Part shown: piece after piece, positions 1-10,673 of the stretch
Position numbering within the stretch: position 1 is the first letter of the stretch
Layout: the number at the start of each line of letters is the position of its first letter
Assembly (NCBI RefSeq): GCF_002506515.1
Contig: NZ_DAXS01000068.1
Coordinates: 20,927 to 84,926 of the forward strand
Length of the DNA stretch: 64,000 bases
Direction: 5' to 3'
Source: Caldivirga sp. UBA161
Lineage (GTDB): Archaea > Thermoproteota > Thermoprotei > Thermoproteales > Thermocladiaceae
The notes under the pieces: model-generated
Database searches by the model: none
Seen by the model: the letters and a program-made list of their open reading frames with translations, nothing else
What the model was told of the DNA's origin: nothing
Translations under genes and position numbers: made by a program

Positions 1-47
1 TATGGAGAAGGCACACTAAGGGGGAATTAAGGAGCTTAATAATACAG

Positions 48-659
48 TTGATGCAATCGCTTAGGGAACTTAGGAGGTATTTGTGGGATGGTAACCTCAC
101 CGTGACGGGCATTGATCAAGACTTCATGGATATACTCCGTAAATTCGCCGGCAATATTAATACAACCGCAAGATTCCTAAGGAGCATACCACCCAGTTAC
201 TTGAAGTCAGCAGTGATGCTTGACCCATATGGGGATGTTGAATTAACCGAGGACATCATTAAGTCAACTAACGTATTCATAATTGGTGGCATAAGTGATA
301 GTGAAGTAATTAGGAAGGGTGAAACCTTTGAACTATATAAAAGCCTAGGGCTACATGAACTTAACATACCTAGGGTTAAGTTAACCCTGAGGGGGGTGTT
401 GACTGGTGTTCCTGAAAGAATAAATAAACTAGTGTCAATAATACTAATGGTTAAGTACAGTGGCTATAATCTTGAGGACGCCGTAATAGCCAATCAATCT
501 AAGGCTGATAAGATTAATAGGCTTAATAGGGAGTTAAGCATGTTGAGGAATATTGATTCAGGTACTTTAGGTAATTTATTAACTTGGCTTGGTTTAATTC
601 CGTGGGATAGTAAGGTTATGTCCGCGTTAAGGAGGTATGGATTACTTTCCAGCAATTAG
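48..659 (+). CDS. SPOUT-like (Trm10-type) RNA methyltransferase candidate
   Basis: 203-aa ORF. The segment FIIGGISD...GETFELYKSLGL...GVPERINKLVSIIL resembles the Trm10/SPOUT knot region. Assignment is from motif memory only. Confidence 0.4.
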   Translation: MMQSLRELRRYLWDGNLTVTGIDQDFMDILRKFAGNINTTARFLRSIPPSYLKSAVMLDPYGDVELTEDIIKSTNVFIIGGISDSEVIRKGETFELYKSLGLHELNIPRVKLTLRGVLTGVPERINKLVSIILMVKYSGYNLEDAVIANQSKADKINRLNRELSMLRNIDSGTLGNLLTWLGLIPWDSKVMSALRRYGLLSSN

Positions 660-679
660 TGGAGGCGCTTTAATTCATT

Positions 680-1165
680 CTATGTTATTATGTACTCATC
701 CCCCCTCTTCTTTATTAAACCAGCGTAAGCTCCCCACTCTGATAACAGTATTGTTAATAAATCCCTTATTCCAGGTGCCTTAAATTCGCTGTAACCCTTG
801 TTAACCAAGGCCATTATTAGCTTCTCCAGTGGGAAGGGTTCATCCTTACCTATCTCTATTGCGGTCTTAAATGGCTCAATATTAGATATTAATTCACGTA
901 ATATTCTTCTCCGTTCAGGTATTTTTGAGCCTAGGAATTTAACACCAAGTTCAGTAACAACTACGTCGCCGTTAGTTAACTTTAGGAATCCTAGGTATAT
1001 GGCTGCGTTTAAATTAGGTATTATGTCATCTAGGTCAGCATCCATATGCTGGGCCACTGCGTAAATGTCGGCCTTTCCCCCAAAATCATTAAGTATAGTG
1101 TCTATTAACCCAATTACATCTGTTAACCTCGAATCCAGCGGCATTATTAGGCTTCTTTGCCCCAT
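680..1165 (-). CDS. AAA-associated-domain-like small protein (PF09821-like), function unknown
   Basis: 161-aa ORF. The pattern VIGLIDTIL..GGKADIYAVAQ...DLDDIIPNLNAAIYLGFLKL.NGDVVVTELG resembles stand-alone archaeal AAA-associated domain proteins. The start could be the internal Met near 1144. Confidence 0.45.
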   Translation of the reverse strand: MGQRSLIMPLDSRLTDVIGLIDTILNDFGGKADIYAVAQHMDADLDDIIPNLNAAIYLGFLKLTNGDVVVTELGVKFLGSKIPERRRILRELISNIEPFKTAIEIGKDEPFPLEKLIMALVNKGYSEFKAPGIRDLLTILLSEWGAYAGLIKKRGDEYIIT

Positions 1166-1199
1166 ACATTATCTAGTAGTTTAACTGCGCTGGCTTTAT

Positions 1200-1754
1200 T
1201 TATGAACCTTTCGCAGAAATAAACATAGACCTTCCTCCCTCTTTACTCCTAATAATATCCACCCACACATTATCCTTAACGAAGCTTGGTAAGTTTAAAC
1301 CCTGTTGACCGCCGTCGGATTCACCATCATACCCATTACTGCAGTTGTAGGTATTAATACTGGTAATGAGCTTCTTTAAATCCATTATAGCGTTAATCAA
1401 TTGAGCGTAATTATCCTTAATTAACTTAATCTCACTCATTAATGAATTAAGCACTTCACTTACACTACTTAACTCTAGGTTGCTTGCCGACGGGGGTTGA
1501 TTAATACTTACTGTGAAGCTTAGGTTAATTAATGCTGCCGCAGGTGGCTGTGCATTAGCATCACTGGACTTAGTGGATTCTTGAACCTTCTCAACATTAC
1601 TTACATTATCTCTTGAATAAGCCCTGTACTTTGATAAGGCCTTATACACTGTGTTTATTGATATACCTAACCTTTGAGCTATCTCCCTAGGCTTCAAACC
1701 CTGCCTATAATACAAGTCTCCCACCGCTAACTCAGTCTTAGTTAACTTACCCAT
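1200..1754 (-). CDS. Helix-turn-helix DNA-binding protein
   Basis: 184-aa ORF. The N-terminus GLKPREIAQRLGISINTVYKALSKYR is a classic HTH, followed by a low-complexity linker and a C-terminal domain of unknown function. Confidence 0.5.
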   Translation of the reverse strand: MGKLTKTELAVGDLYYRQGLKPREIAQRLGISINTVYKALSKYRAYSRDNVSNVEKVQESTKSSDANAQPPAAALINLSFTVSINQPPSASNLELSSVSEVLNSLMSEIKLIKDNYAQLINAIMDLKKLITSINTYNCSNGYDGESDGGQQGLNLPSFVKDNVWVDIIRSKEGGRSMFISAKGS

Positions 1755-1825
1755 GATTATACAACTATAGTTATGATTCAGAGTAATAATAATTTATTGT
1801 TTAAAAAACATGAAATACCCTTATA

Positions 1826-4111
1826 TTACCTAGCTACACTACGGCTCCTAGCCAGTAATACCAGTAATATTATAATAAGTATTAGCACCACGTAAAATAG
1901 TATTGAGGCCAACTTATTAGGTATCAGTAGGCTAACGAATTGCTGTGATAGTGATGGGTTAACGTGAACCGTGAATTCATCATTCTGAACCATTGGTATT
2001 AATGAACCAGTCTGATTCCATAATAACGTTAATGTGACTTTATAATCCCCTGGATTTATACCGTTCTGAACATCAACCATGAAGACAACTTGCTTCTCCT
2101 GCCCCGGCTTCAAATCACCTATAAATAATGTACCAGCCGTTAATGCGCTAAGTGGGTTACTACTACTCACGTGCGGTTCAATTACCCCTTGCCCATTTAA
2201 AATAACCTCAACATTCTTAGCTGTTACGTTACCATTATTAACTATCGTTATGTAAAGTGGTACATTACTATCACCTACACTTAAGTCACTGGTTGCGTTA
2301 ATTATGAGTATATTAGCCTTGGGTTTAATGACCAATGGTATAGTGTAAGTCTTATTGAAGCCTGTTCCATTAATTATAAGCGTTAAGTTGGCTTGAACAG
2401 TGCCATATATGTTATTAGCCGTAGATAGAATGAAGTTAACGGGTATAGGTTCACCAACAGGTAGGTTGCCAATATTAATGGCGCCATTTGATGGATTAAT
2501 TACACTAATGTACTTATCACCAATTAGCGTAATCTTTACATTCCTAGCCACAGCAGTACCTGAGTTACCTAAGTATACTGTTAAAAGCAACTCAGGGTAG
2601 CCTGGGAATAAGTTGGGTGGATTAGTGTAATAGGATTCAACAATAACATTGGGGACTCCAGTGACTATAATGGGGATCCTCCTAATTGTTAATAAGCCAC
2701 CACTGTAAGTTAATGTTAAATTCGCGTAATATGTCCCGGCCTTAACGTTAGTTACATTAACCATGAAGGTTACGTAGACTGGAACGCCAATGGGTAAGTC
2801 GCCGATTGTTGCATTACTGGTTAATGCTATGAATCCTGCTGGTAACGATACATTAGCCTTAACATTCATGGCAGGAGCTGTACCAGAATTAACTATAATG
2901 AACGTTAATGGTACAGCACCGTAACCTGGACCAACAGTAATGGGACTGCTTGGTGAACCCCATACAGTACCCTCACTTATTAGTTTTGGCTCCCCTGAAA
3001 CAACAATGGGGACCCTTAGCGTTGATTTAAGCCCATTATTATACGTTAACGTTAAGTTTGCGTAGTAGGTGCCTGGGCTTACATCAGATACATTAACAAT
3101 AAATACTGCATAAACCGGAATACCCACGGGGGCGCCACCTATTGTTGTGAAGTTGACTAGCGTTGTGAAGCCTCTTGGTAATGATAATGTGGCATTAATG
3201 TTAACTGCATTAGCGGTACCGGAGTTCACTATGGTTACGAATAATGGGACAATACCGTAACCAGGCCCCACTGCAATGGGGTTGCTTGGTGAACCCCAGC
3301 CTGCGCCCTCTACAACAAGCCTTGGTTCACCTATGATTGGTATATTAACCGTAATCACTTGTGTTGCATTGGAGAAGTAATGTAGGATTACTTCACCATT
3401 GATTACACCAACTGGAGCCTTATTGGTTATGTTAACCAGGAATACCGCGTAAACAGGTGTCCCAGGGGGTACGTAACCTATGTAACTCCTATTAATTATT
3501 GGCACTAACCCATTACTTAGGATTATTGTTGCTGATGCATTGGAGGCCATGACATTACCAGTGTTGAGTATTGGTATAACTAAGGGCAGGATACCTATAC
3601 CCGGCGTAGCCTCAATGGGGTTGTTAATTGAACCCCACGTTGGTAGGCCTGGGTTAAACTTAACATAGCCTAACACTGGTATAGTTATATTGAAGGTACT
3701 GCTGGCGCTTCGTGGCGTAATAATCATGCTTCTATTCACTATTACCTCGCTTAGCTCAACATATGTTGCATTAACCTTAAGCTCATAGACTCCGTTGCCG
3801 GCGCTTGGATTAATATTAATTAACTCAGTTATGTTAATGCTTGAGCCAGGTGGCAACACTGGTATTGTTACCTTATATGAACTATTGAAGTAATTATATG
3901 GCCCAAAGGGGTAAGTGAAGATTGGTTTAATGGTTATATTGAATAATGCGCTTTCACCATTATTAATAATTGATAATACTAATGGCACCGCACTCTGGCC
4001 TGGTGCGGCAAGTACGCTTACTTGACCTGTAACCACCAGTGCATTGGCCACGTTAGTTAATAATATGAGCGCAGCCACCATTAACGTAACCATTGTTATC
4101 TTAACGTTCAT
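1826..4111 (-). CDS. Secreted, C-terminally membrane-anchored surface protein built of tandem ~112-aa beta-rich (CARDB/COG1361 S-layer-like) modules
   Basis: 761-aa ORF with an N-terminal hydrophobic signal-like segment (MVTLMVAALILLTNVANA) and a C-terminal TM plus basic tail (ILFYVVLILIIILLVLLARSRSVAR). About six internal repeats share G.P....G..WGSP..PI.VGPGYG.VPL...IVNSGTA and YYANLTLTY. I count more than 20 N-x-S/T sequons by eye. Confidence 0.75.
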   Translation of the reverse strand: MNVKITMVTLMVAALILLTNVANALVVTGQVSVLAAPGQSAVPLVLSIINNGESALFNITIKPIFTYPFGPYNYFNSSYKVTIPVLPPGSSINITELININPSAGNGVYELKVNATYVELSEVIVNRSMIITPRSASSTFNITIPVLGYVKFNPGLPTWGSINNPIEATPGIGILPLVIPILNTGNVMASNASATIILSNGLVPIINRSYIGYVPPGTPVYAVFLVNITNKAPVGVINGEVILHYFSNATQVITVNIPIIGEPRLVVEGAGWGSPSNPIAVGPGYGIVPLFVTIVNSGTANAVNINATLSLPRGFTTLVNFTTIGGAPVGIPVYAVFIVNVSDVSPGTYYANLTLTYNNGLKSTLRVPIVVSGEPKLISEGTVWGSPSSPITVGPGYGAVPLTFIIVNSGTAPAMNVKANVSLPAGFIALTSNATIGDLPIGVPVYVTFMVNVTNVKAGTYYANLTLTYSGGLLTIRRIPIIVTGVPNVIVESYYTNPPNLFPGYPELLLTVYLGNSGTAVARNVKITLIGDKYISVINPSNGAINIGNLPVGEPIPVNFILSTANNIYGTVQANLTLIINGTGFNKTYTIPLVIKPKANILIINATSDLSVGDSNVPLYITIVNNGNVTAKNVEVILNGQGVIEPHVSSSNPLSALTAGTLFIGDLKPGQEKQVVFMVDVQNGINPGDYKVTLTLLWNQTGSLIPMVQNDEFTVHVNPSLSQQFVSLLIPNKLASILFYVVLILIIILLVLLARSRSVAR
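2660..3331 (-). repeat. Two adjacent, best-conserved 336-bp (112-aa) tandem repeat units inside the surface-protein gene
   Basis: Unit 1 (3331-2996) begins GEPRLVVEGAGWGSPSNPIAVGPGYGIVPL. Unit 2 (2995-2660) begins GEPKLISEGTVWGSPSSPITVGPGYGAVPL. Both end in YYANLTLTY...IVV/IIV. More diverged units flank them on both sides. Confidence 0.8.
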
Positions 4112-4255
4112 AGAAACTCCGATATCGGATGCGTTTAAAAACCTTTCTAATATTCAAATACATATCGAACTCAAGCAATGAACTTAAACTCAGAGGCGGG
4201 CATTTATGCTTGAAATATAAACTTATAAACACCTAGATAGTGTACCAATACGTAT

Positions 4256-4909
4256 ATGGAGTCTAAGCTATTGGTTAACAGGGTATACGAAGAGTTACTT
4301 AACGCCATAATTCAAGGTAGGTTTAGGCCTGGGGAGGCCTTAAGGGAGGATCGGATAGCCTCAATGCTTGGAGCCAGTAGAACACCGGTTAGGGAGGCCT
4401 TAGCTAGGCTTGAGAGGGAGGGGTTTGTGGTTAAGGATGGGAGGAGTTATGTTGTTACTCCTATAACTAAGGATGATGTTGTGCAGCTCTATGAGGAGAG
4501 GATACCGCTTGAGGCCATGGCTGCTAGGTTGGCTGCAGTTAGGGCTACTGAGGATCAATTAATTAAAATGGGTAATGCAATTGATATGATTAAGGCTGAG
4601 GTTATGCAACCTAATCCTAATCCAGTTAAGTTGGCTGAATTAAACGGTGAATTCCATGAACTTGTAGCTGAGGCAAGTGGTAACAAGTTCATTGCAGCTA
4701 CGCTTAAGCAGATTAGGCTTAAGCTCAAGATAGTTAGGGTTAACATTTTCACAAGCTATAGTAGGAGGCTGGAGGAGGCTAAGGAGCATGGGGATGTTTA
4801 TGAAGCTATAAAATCAAGGAACCCTGAGGCAGCCTTCGTGAAGATGCTTAACCATGAGCAGAATGTCCTAGAGTACGTTAAGAATAATGTCCTACCATAC
4901 TACTTCTAA
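4256..4909 (+). CDS. GntR-family transcriptional regulator (FadR/FCD-type C-terminal domain)
   Basis: 217-aa ORF. It has the N-terminal winged HTH ...IASMLGASRTPVREALARLEREGFV... and an all-helical C-terminal domain. A TATA-like TTATAAA (4223-4229) lies about 27-33 nt upstream of the ATG. Confidence 0.85.
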   Translation: MESKLLVNRVYEELLNAIIQGRFRPGEALREDRIASMLGASRTPVREALARLEREGFVVKDGRSYVVTPITKDDVVQLYEERIPLEAMAARLAAVRATEDQLIKMGNAIDMIKAEVMQPNPNPVKLAELNGEFHELVAEASGNKFIAATLKQIRLKLKIVRVNIFTSYSRRLEEAKEHGDVYEAIKSRNPEAAFVKMLNHEQNVLEYVKNNVLPYYF

Positions 4910-6956
4910 TGGCTAAGTACAGTATATATGGGGAGGCACTACCTATGTAGTGGTCTAAGCCCACGTTCTTACCCTCAATGGCGTCTATTCTAGAGCTTTG
5001 ATTCCAAGGCTCCAGTCTTGATATTGTATCCCACTCCTTTTTAGCAATCTCGAGGCCTTCATTAACCATACCCCTAAGCACCATGTGAGCGGCAACAGTG
5101 AAGCTTATCCTGGGCCAGCATGACCTCATTTGGCTTGATGAAGTATCAACTTCCCCATTAGGCTTAACCGCATTGGGCAGGCAATAGGGTGATGCCCTGT
5201 GGTTAAGCTCATATATTGATCTTAACGCTACCTTAACCTTATCCTCATCAACCACCGGTGGTAGTTTAAGGAAATCGCACCAGAATTGCCCAAGGAGTTG
5301 GCTATTCATGCATGATTCATTACTCTCCTTAGTTGATCTCCATGCTGCGAAGTAGCGGCCATTCCACATTGAATTTAATGTATCCTTACCCTTACTTAAA
5401 CATGACTCATACTTATCACTAAGCCTCACACCAAGCACATCAGCTGACTTAATTAATGCTTGAAGTGCGCATAAGAATAGGGAAGCTATGTATGATGATG
5501 CGCCATACATGTTTGTCCCATCATAGGAGTTATCAAACCCACCCCTTGAATCAGGTATGCAGTCGCCATCATAATCCCTACTGATGAGCCAATCAACCAC
5601 TTCCCGCATTTTATTGAAGTTCCTCCTTAAAACCTCAACATTACTTGTTATGAGGTAATCCCTATAAATCATGAGGATCCATGTACTCCCTAAATCATTC
5701 CACGGATATAGGTATGAGGCGCCGTATATTGGATCCTCAAGGCTCTCTTCCCCGAAGTCATGAGGGACCTCACCATTACTTATGTAGAATCCCAACAATT
5801 CATCCATTTTAACGGTTAAGTCAGGGTATAAGTCAAGTAAGGCGAAAGATAATCCATCCCATGTCATTGACCCTATGGTATTCATTAATGGCGCTATTGA
5901 TAATGATTCATAAACAGCTAATCTACCGTCCTTAGTTAACCATGTTGATGAAGTCAACACATATAGGCTATTTAATACGGCATCCCTTAACCAACCATCA
6001 GCATCAATACTAAGAGGCCTTAGTGAACCACTGTTCTCCAAGGCATATTCAGCCACTTCCACCGCTGAGTTGAAGAAGTTCTCGTAGTAATGGCCGTATG
6101 GGTAATGATGCGGCCTTGAATTAAAGAACCAGGTGATGAAGAATAATGCCTCATCATCAATCCTCCTCCACACTACTCCAGCAATCTCTTCCCTGGCATA
6201 TGGCCTTATGGAGTATCTTCCTTCATCCACTACTTTACCTAGCTTACTGAATACTGAAATATCTTCAGTCATACCACCCCTAGTAGGTACCCAGTAGGAG
6301 TAACCAGAGTAAGTGTGGCACCCTTTACAACCTATGAAGACCTCACCGTAAGCTGGGTCACTTTGCAGCGACCTTAAGTTCTTAAATAAAACACCATTAA
6401 CCTTACCTATTATTGAGTAATTAACGCGGCCCCACCTCCTACTACCTACTATGTTTGGGAATGAGAATGCAACAGTGCCATTGCCCTTAACCCTGACTAT
6501 TATTAATGGCAATGATGAATCCTTAACATTACCCTTAACAATGGGTGTATAGAATTCAATCTCACTTATTGGTAAATTACTGAACCTGTACTTAATCTTA
6601 GGATACTGAGCCTCAACCTCAATATTATCCACGTGCCTATACTGTGGCTTAACTTCAACATTCTTGCCTGGATTAGTTTGGAGAAAGAGTGGTTCCTCAC
6701 CAAGTAGTACTACGTGGAATCCCCTAATCACCTTAAGTGGATTTAACCAATTATTCATTATCGTTACATTGCCTATTGTGAGATCTGGAAAGAACTCAAT
6801 GGCACCTGCACCAATACCACCTAAGGGTAGTCCGCTGTTAAGATTTCTATTACTCACTATCATTAAATACCCTTCCGGATACTGGATTTTATGCATTATT
6901 ATTTGAATAAGGGATTTAAGCCGGTTCTTAAGCCAACTAGGTGATGCTACTACCAT
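4878..6956 (-). CDS. GH116-family beta-glucosidase/xylosidase (GBA2-type glucosylceramidase fold)
   Basis: 692-aa ORF with the N-terminal LPLGGIGAG motif typical of GH116 and a large (alpha/alpha)6-type C-terminal part. The true start is probably an internal Met (6896 or 6863), because the upstream part overlaps the divergent ORF starting at 6941. Confidence 0.8.
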   Translation of the reverse strand: MVVASPSWLKNRLKSLIQIIMHKIQYPEGYLMIVSNRNLNSGLPLGGIGAGAIEFFPDLTIGNVTIMNNWLNPLKVIRGFHVVLLGEEPLFLQTNPGKNVEVKPQYRHVDNIEVEAQYPKIKYRFSNLPISEIEFYTPIVKGNVKDSSLPLIIVRVKGNGTVAFSFPNIVGSRRWGRVNYSIIGKVNGVLFKNLRSLQSDPAYGEVFIGCKGCHTYSGYSYWVPTRGGMTEDISVFSKLGKVVDEGRYSIRPYAREEIAGVVWRRIDDEALFFITWFFNSRPHHYPYGHYYENFFNSAVEVAEYALENSGSLRPLSIDADGWLRDAVLNSLYVLTSSTWLTKDGRLAVYESLSIAPLMNTIGSMTWDGLSFALLDLYPDLTVKMDELLGFYISNGEVPHDFGEESLEDPIYGASYLYPWNDLGSTWILMIYRDYLITSNVEVLRRNFNKMREVVDWLISRDYDGDCIPDSRGGFDNSYDGTNMYGASSYIASLFLCALQALIKSADVLGVRLSDKYESCLSKGKDTLNSMWNGRYFAAWRSTKESNESCMNSQLLGQFWCDFLKLPPVVDEDKVKVALRSIYELNHRASPYCLPNAVKPNGEVDTSSSQMRSCWPRISFTVAAHMVLRGMVNEGLEIAKKEWDTISRLEPWNQSSRIDAIEGKNVGLDHYIGSASPYILYLAIRSSMVGHYS

Positions 6957-7462
6957 TTTACAGGATTAAGAAGGAGCTTTGGATTGAGGCTTATTTAATA
7001 GGTAGGGTTGATGCGTTAGCTAAGGTTGGTTTAATTAAGTCATTTAAAACAAGTGGTGCAGATAACGGTGAATTAAAGCCCATACCCTATCAGGAGATTA
7101 GGAATATAATAAGTAATGACATTAAGTGGATTAATGATGCCATAAGTGACCTTGAGAATGGCTTAAAATTAAGGTTTAGGGATTATATACTAATCCCAAT
7201 GTATAATCCAGGTCAATACATGGCTAAGGTTAACTTAAGCCTAATGGACATAGTGACCCTGCGGGTTGCTAGGAGAATATATGAGAATTTACTTAAGGTA
7301 ATGCCTAAGGAGCCCCTAGGTGTCGGTTGGTTTAATGTAGCCCTGGAAAATGACATGGTTTTCATTAACGGTGAGTACGATGAAGCTTTAACTAATACTT
7401 ACGCTAATAATGAAAGCTTAAGGAAGGCACTAATGGGGCTCTTATTGGGGGACCAGCAATAA
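6941..7462 (+). CDS. Hypothetical protein
   Basis: 173-aa ORF filling an otherwise empty gap. The start is GTG 6941 or ATG 6944. I recognise no motif. Confidence 0.4.
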   Translation: MMLLPFYRIKKELWIEAYLIGRVDALAKVGLIKSFKTSGADNGELKPIPYQEIRNIISNDIKWINDAISDLENGLKLRFRDYILIPMYNPGQYMAKVNLSLMDIVTLRVARRIYENLLKVMPKEPLGVGWFNVALENDMVFINGEYDEALTNTYANNESLRKALMGLLLGDQQ

Positions 7463-7469
7463 GCATTAT

Positions 7470-9098
7470 TTATTCACCCTTAATTAATTGGCGCTTAATC
7501 AAGTACTCCCTTAATGGTTTATGTAAAGCCTCCTCAACTATCCCCTTAGTGTTTATGAATGCTGAGAATGCCTTAGGTATCCTACTTACCACATCCATTG
7601 GGGTTAAGTGGTAACCCAACTCTAATGCGGCTAAGTCACCTGCAACACCTGTTATGAATGCTGCTATGGCTGCAGCCTCAAGGGTATCATTAACCCTATG
7701 AAGCATTGTTGCTAAAACCCCCGTTAATACATCACCGGTTCCACCAACAGTCATACCTGGATTACCGGTCATGTTTAGCTTAATCCTTGAGCCGTCGCTT
7801 ACAATATCTGTGTTGCCCTTAAGGAGAATTACGCTACCTGGGCAGCATTTAGAAACCTGCTCCTTAAGCCATTGCCCTGCTTCAATTGGGTTAAGTTTAG
7901 GTACATCAATACCCAATAACTCCCTTAACTCTCCAGCATGCGGAGTAAGTACTACACCTGGCTTAAGTAGGTTAAGCCTCTTCCCAATTCCAATTGCCTT
8001 TATCGCGTCAGCATCAATAACAATCCTCTTACCTAGCTTAACCGCGGTCTCAAGTATTATGTAGACTGCCTCCATTGTTGCCTTCTCAAGTCCTAATCCA
8101 GGACCTATGGCAACCACATTAGCCCTCTCAATACCTCTAAGTACTGGTCCAATATTATCCTTACTTAAAAACTCACCTTCAAGTGGTACCGCTATTAAGT
8201 TTGGCGTCTGGGATCTAATATCATGCGCAACATCATGGGGTGCATAGACTATCGGTAAGTCAGCCCCCGTTATTAATGAGGCTAACGCAGTCAACATTAT
8301 GGCTCCAGTGTAGTCTCTTGAACCCCCTATTATGGCTATTCTACCGAATTCACCCTTCTTAGAGTCAAGTTTCCTGGCATATGTTAAGTAATTTAAGTCA
8401 CCAGGCCCAACTATTAACTCAGCCTCCTTTGGGATGCCTATGTCGATCACCACCAGTTCACCAACATATGGCTTAGCCTTATCGGTAATGAGCCCACGCT
8501 TAGCCTTATGCATGGTTACTGTTAAATCAGCCTTAACAGCCTTGTCAGTAACATCACCAGTATCAGGATCCATACCTGATGGTATATCAACAGCAACCTT
8601 AGGCGCCTTTGACATGTTTATTAGGTCTATCGCCGCTGAGGCAGGCTGCCTAACCCTACCCTTAACGCCGATACCTAGGATTGCATCAATAATCACGTCA
8701 GCCCACTTAATGAAGTAATCTTGGTAGGATAATAATTCTAACTCATCCCTAGCCTCCATTATTCTACATCCCAGTAGGTTTAAGCATATCTTAAGGTTAG
8801 TGGCGGCAGGCTCCTCCCTCATGTCACTAACCCTACCTAGTAGTATAATCACAACATCCTTACCCCAATTGTAAAGGTACCTACCAGCCACAATACCATC
8901 CCCACCATTATTGCCTAAACCAGCCACAACAAGTATCCTGGTTGCGTTTGGCCATCTTGAGGTTATGATTTGCGCAACACCCCTACCGGCATTCTCCATT
9001 AATATTCTACTGTCAATGCCTAAGTACGTGGTGTTGGCATCCAGAACCCTCATCTCTAATACTGATATTGCCTCACTACTCATGTTAATTAAGCCCAC
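7470..9098 (-). CDS. nnr: Bifunctional NAD(P)H-hydrate repair enzyme (YjeF_N epimerase + YjeF_C ADP-dependent dehydratase)
   Basis: 542-aa ORF with GLGNNGGDG in the N-domain and GGTGDVLTG near the C-terminus of a carbohydrate-kinase-like domain. Confidence 0.85.
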   Translation of the reverse strand: MGLINMSSEAISVLEMRVLDANTTYLGIDSRILMENAGRGVAQIITSRWPNATRILVVAGLGNNGGDGIVAGRYLYNWGKDVVIILLGRVSDMREEPAATNLKICLNLLGCRIMEARDELELLSYQDYFIKWADVIIDAILGIGVKGRVRQPASAAIDLINMSKAPKVAVDIPSGMDPDTGDVTDKAVKADLTVTMHKAKRGLITDKAKPYVGELVVIDIGIPKEAELIVGPGDLNYLTYARKLDSKKGEFGRIAIIGGSRDYTGAIMLTALASLITGADLPIVYAPHDVAHDIRSQTPNLIAVPLEGEFLSKDNIGPVLRGIERANVVAIGPGLGLEKATMEAVYIILETAVKLGKRIVIDADAIKAIGIGKRLNLLKPGVVLTPHAGELRELLGIDVPKLNPIEAGQWLKEQVSKCCPGSVILLKGNTDIVSDGSRIKLNMTGNPGMTVGGTGDVLTGVLATMLHRVNDTLEAAAIAAFITGVAGDLAALELGYHLTPMDVVSRIPKAFSAFINTKGIVEEALHKPLREYLIKRQLIKGE

Positions 9099-9230
9099 AG
9101 TCCAGGTATATTACAGTATCGCATCAACGCTAATGAACTCACGCTCTTTGGGTTCAATGTGAATAATATTATTCGCCACTAAGATTAACATGAGGAAGTG
9201 ATTGATTAACATTTAGGTATAGTTAAGGCC

Positions 9231-10673
9231 TCATACCCCTATTGCCTTATGAAGCCTCATCCATACGCTTAACGCTACTGCGGCAGTAATAATTACTGTG
9301 ATAACTGGGTTAATAGCCAGTGGCTGCCTCACTATTAATACTATATGAGCATTATTAACAACTGCATATGTTAGGGAAGCTATTACGCTCATTATTAGTG
9401 TTATTAAGGCTATGAAGAAGCCTAAAACACGCCTCACATAATTAATACTGGTTAAGTAAAATAGTGATGTAAGGATAGGTGCTGTAGCCCAAGTAATAAT
9501 CCTAATCATTGAAATTAACCCTAGTAGGCCTGCTAATGTAAGCCCCATAGCCACCACGGCTACAACCATGAAACTAACGTAAACCGCATTAATTCCCCTG
9601 AAGTATGCCTTAGCGTACTCAGCATAATTATTCTCAATGCCAGGTAATTCACCTGAGTATAATGTTAAAGTTAAGTTAACCACCATTGGTTTAGTTAAGT
9701 TAATAGCCATGCTTGAGAAGCCACCCCCTTCATAGGCGGTTAATGCATATGAACCACAAGGTAAGGTTAAATTTAACGCCCCTTCAACATTAGGTATAAT
9801 TAATTCACCCTGATTACCTAACACTACCACGTTTGAACCCTTCGGAGCATTTACAGTAAGCCTGCATGTGGTGGAGTTAGGCGGCATCATTGGCTTTAGT
9901 AATGGGTTCACAGTAATATTAAGGTCCTTAGGCACCTCACCCACTGGTACTGGGGTTTCATTAATGATTGCGTATATTACGTAGTAGTTAAGCGGTAGGT
10001 TAATTTCATTAACCCCCGGCTTCAATGAACCGTAATTAACTAGGTAACTTAACCCTAGGTAACTGTACTGAATATTAATGCTCCTGTTAAGCTTATTAAC
10101 TATGGTTACGTTAATACCATGCCTAATGAACCATAATGCCCTTCCCCAGTATCCACTAGGTATGAGTATCATTGTTGCTGAACCGTAGCCGGCATTTGAT
10201 AGTGATTGAGTTAAATTCATACTACATATTAAATATGGCTCATTACCCCTAACAATAATTAATACTGGTATGGTGACTTGCCTAATGTAGCTTGTTAATA
10301 AATGGAGCCCAGGCCTAATACCCATTATTGTGCCTGCGTAGCATATTGACCCAGTTATGTTAGTGAAGCCTAGAATCATAACCACGTGCCTATAATCAAG
10401 TAGCGCTAAGGCAGCTACTATTGGGATATTCTTAACTCCTAATTGGTTTAAGGCATATGAAACACTTAAGGGCACTACACCAGTGAATGGCATTAAGGAA
10501 CCTCTCCCTGTTATTGCATGCATACTGAATGGGACGCCTATTAATGTTAACCCTGCATAGGTTAATGAAGCCAGTAGCGCTAAACCATATGCTAATAACC
10601 CAGTTAGTAACGCAGTTGACACCACATGGCCCATTACCCTCCTAAGCATCAGTACCATGAGCTTCTTCTCCAT
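9231..10673 (-). CDS. Membrane protein with FtsX/MacB-like topology (TM1, ~300-aa extracytoplasmic domain, 3-4 C-terminal TMs)
   Basis: 480-aa ORF. Topology is read from hydrophobic segments. The central domain carries many N-x-S/T sequons. It overlaps the upstream gene by 25 nt. Confidence 0.5.
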   Translation of the reverse strand: MEKKLMVLMLRRVMGHVVSTALLTGLLAYGLALLASLTYAGLTLIGVPFSMHAITGRGSLMPFTGVVPLSVSYALNQLGVKNIPIVAALALLDYRHVVMILGFTNITGSICYAGTIMGIRPGLHLLTSYIRQVTIPVLIIVRGNEPYLICSMNLTQSLSNAGYGSATMILIPSGYWGRALWFIRHGINVTIVNKLNRSINIQYSYLGLSYLVNYGSLKPGVNEINLPLNYYVIYAIINETPVPVGEVPKDLNITVNPLLKPMMPPNSTTCRLTVNAPKGSNVVVLGNQGELIIPNVEGALNLTLPCGSYALTAYEGGGFSSMAINLTKPMVVNLTLTLYSGELPGIENNYAEYAKAYFRGINAVYVSFMVVAVVAMGLTLAGLLGLISMIRIITWATAPILTSLFYLTSINYVRRVLGFFIALITLIMSVIASLTYAVVNNAHIVLIVRQPLAINPVITVIITAAVALSVWMRLHKAIGV

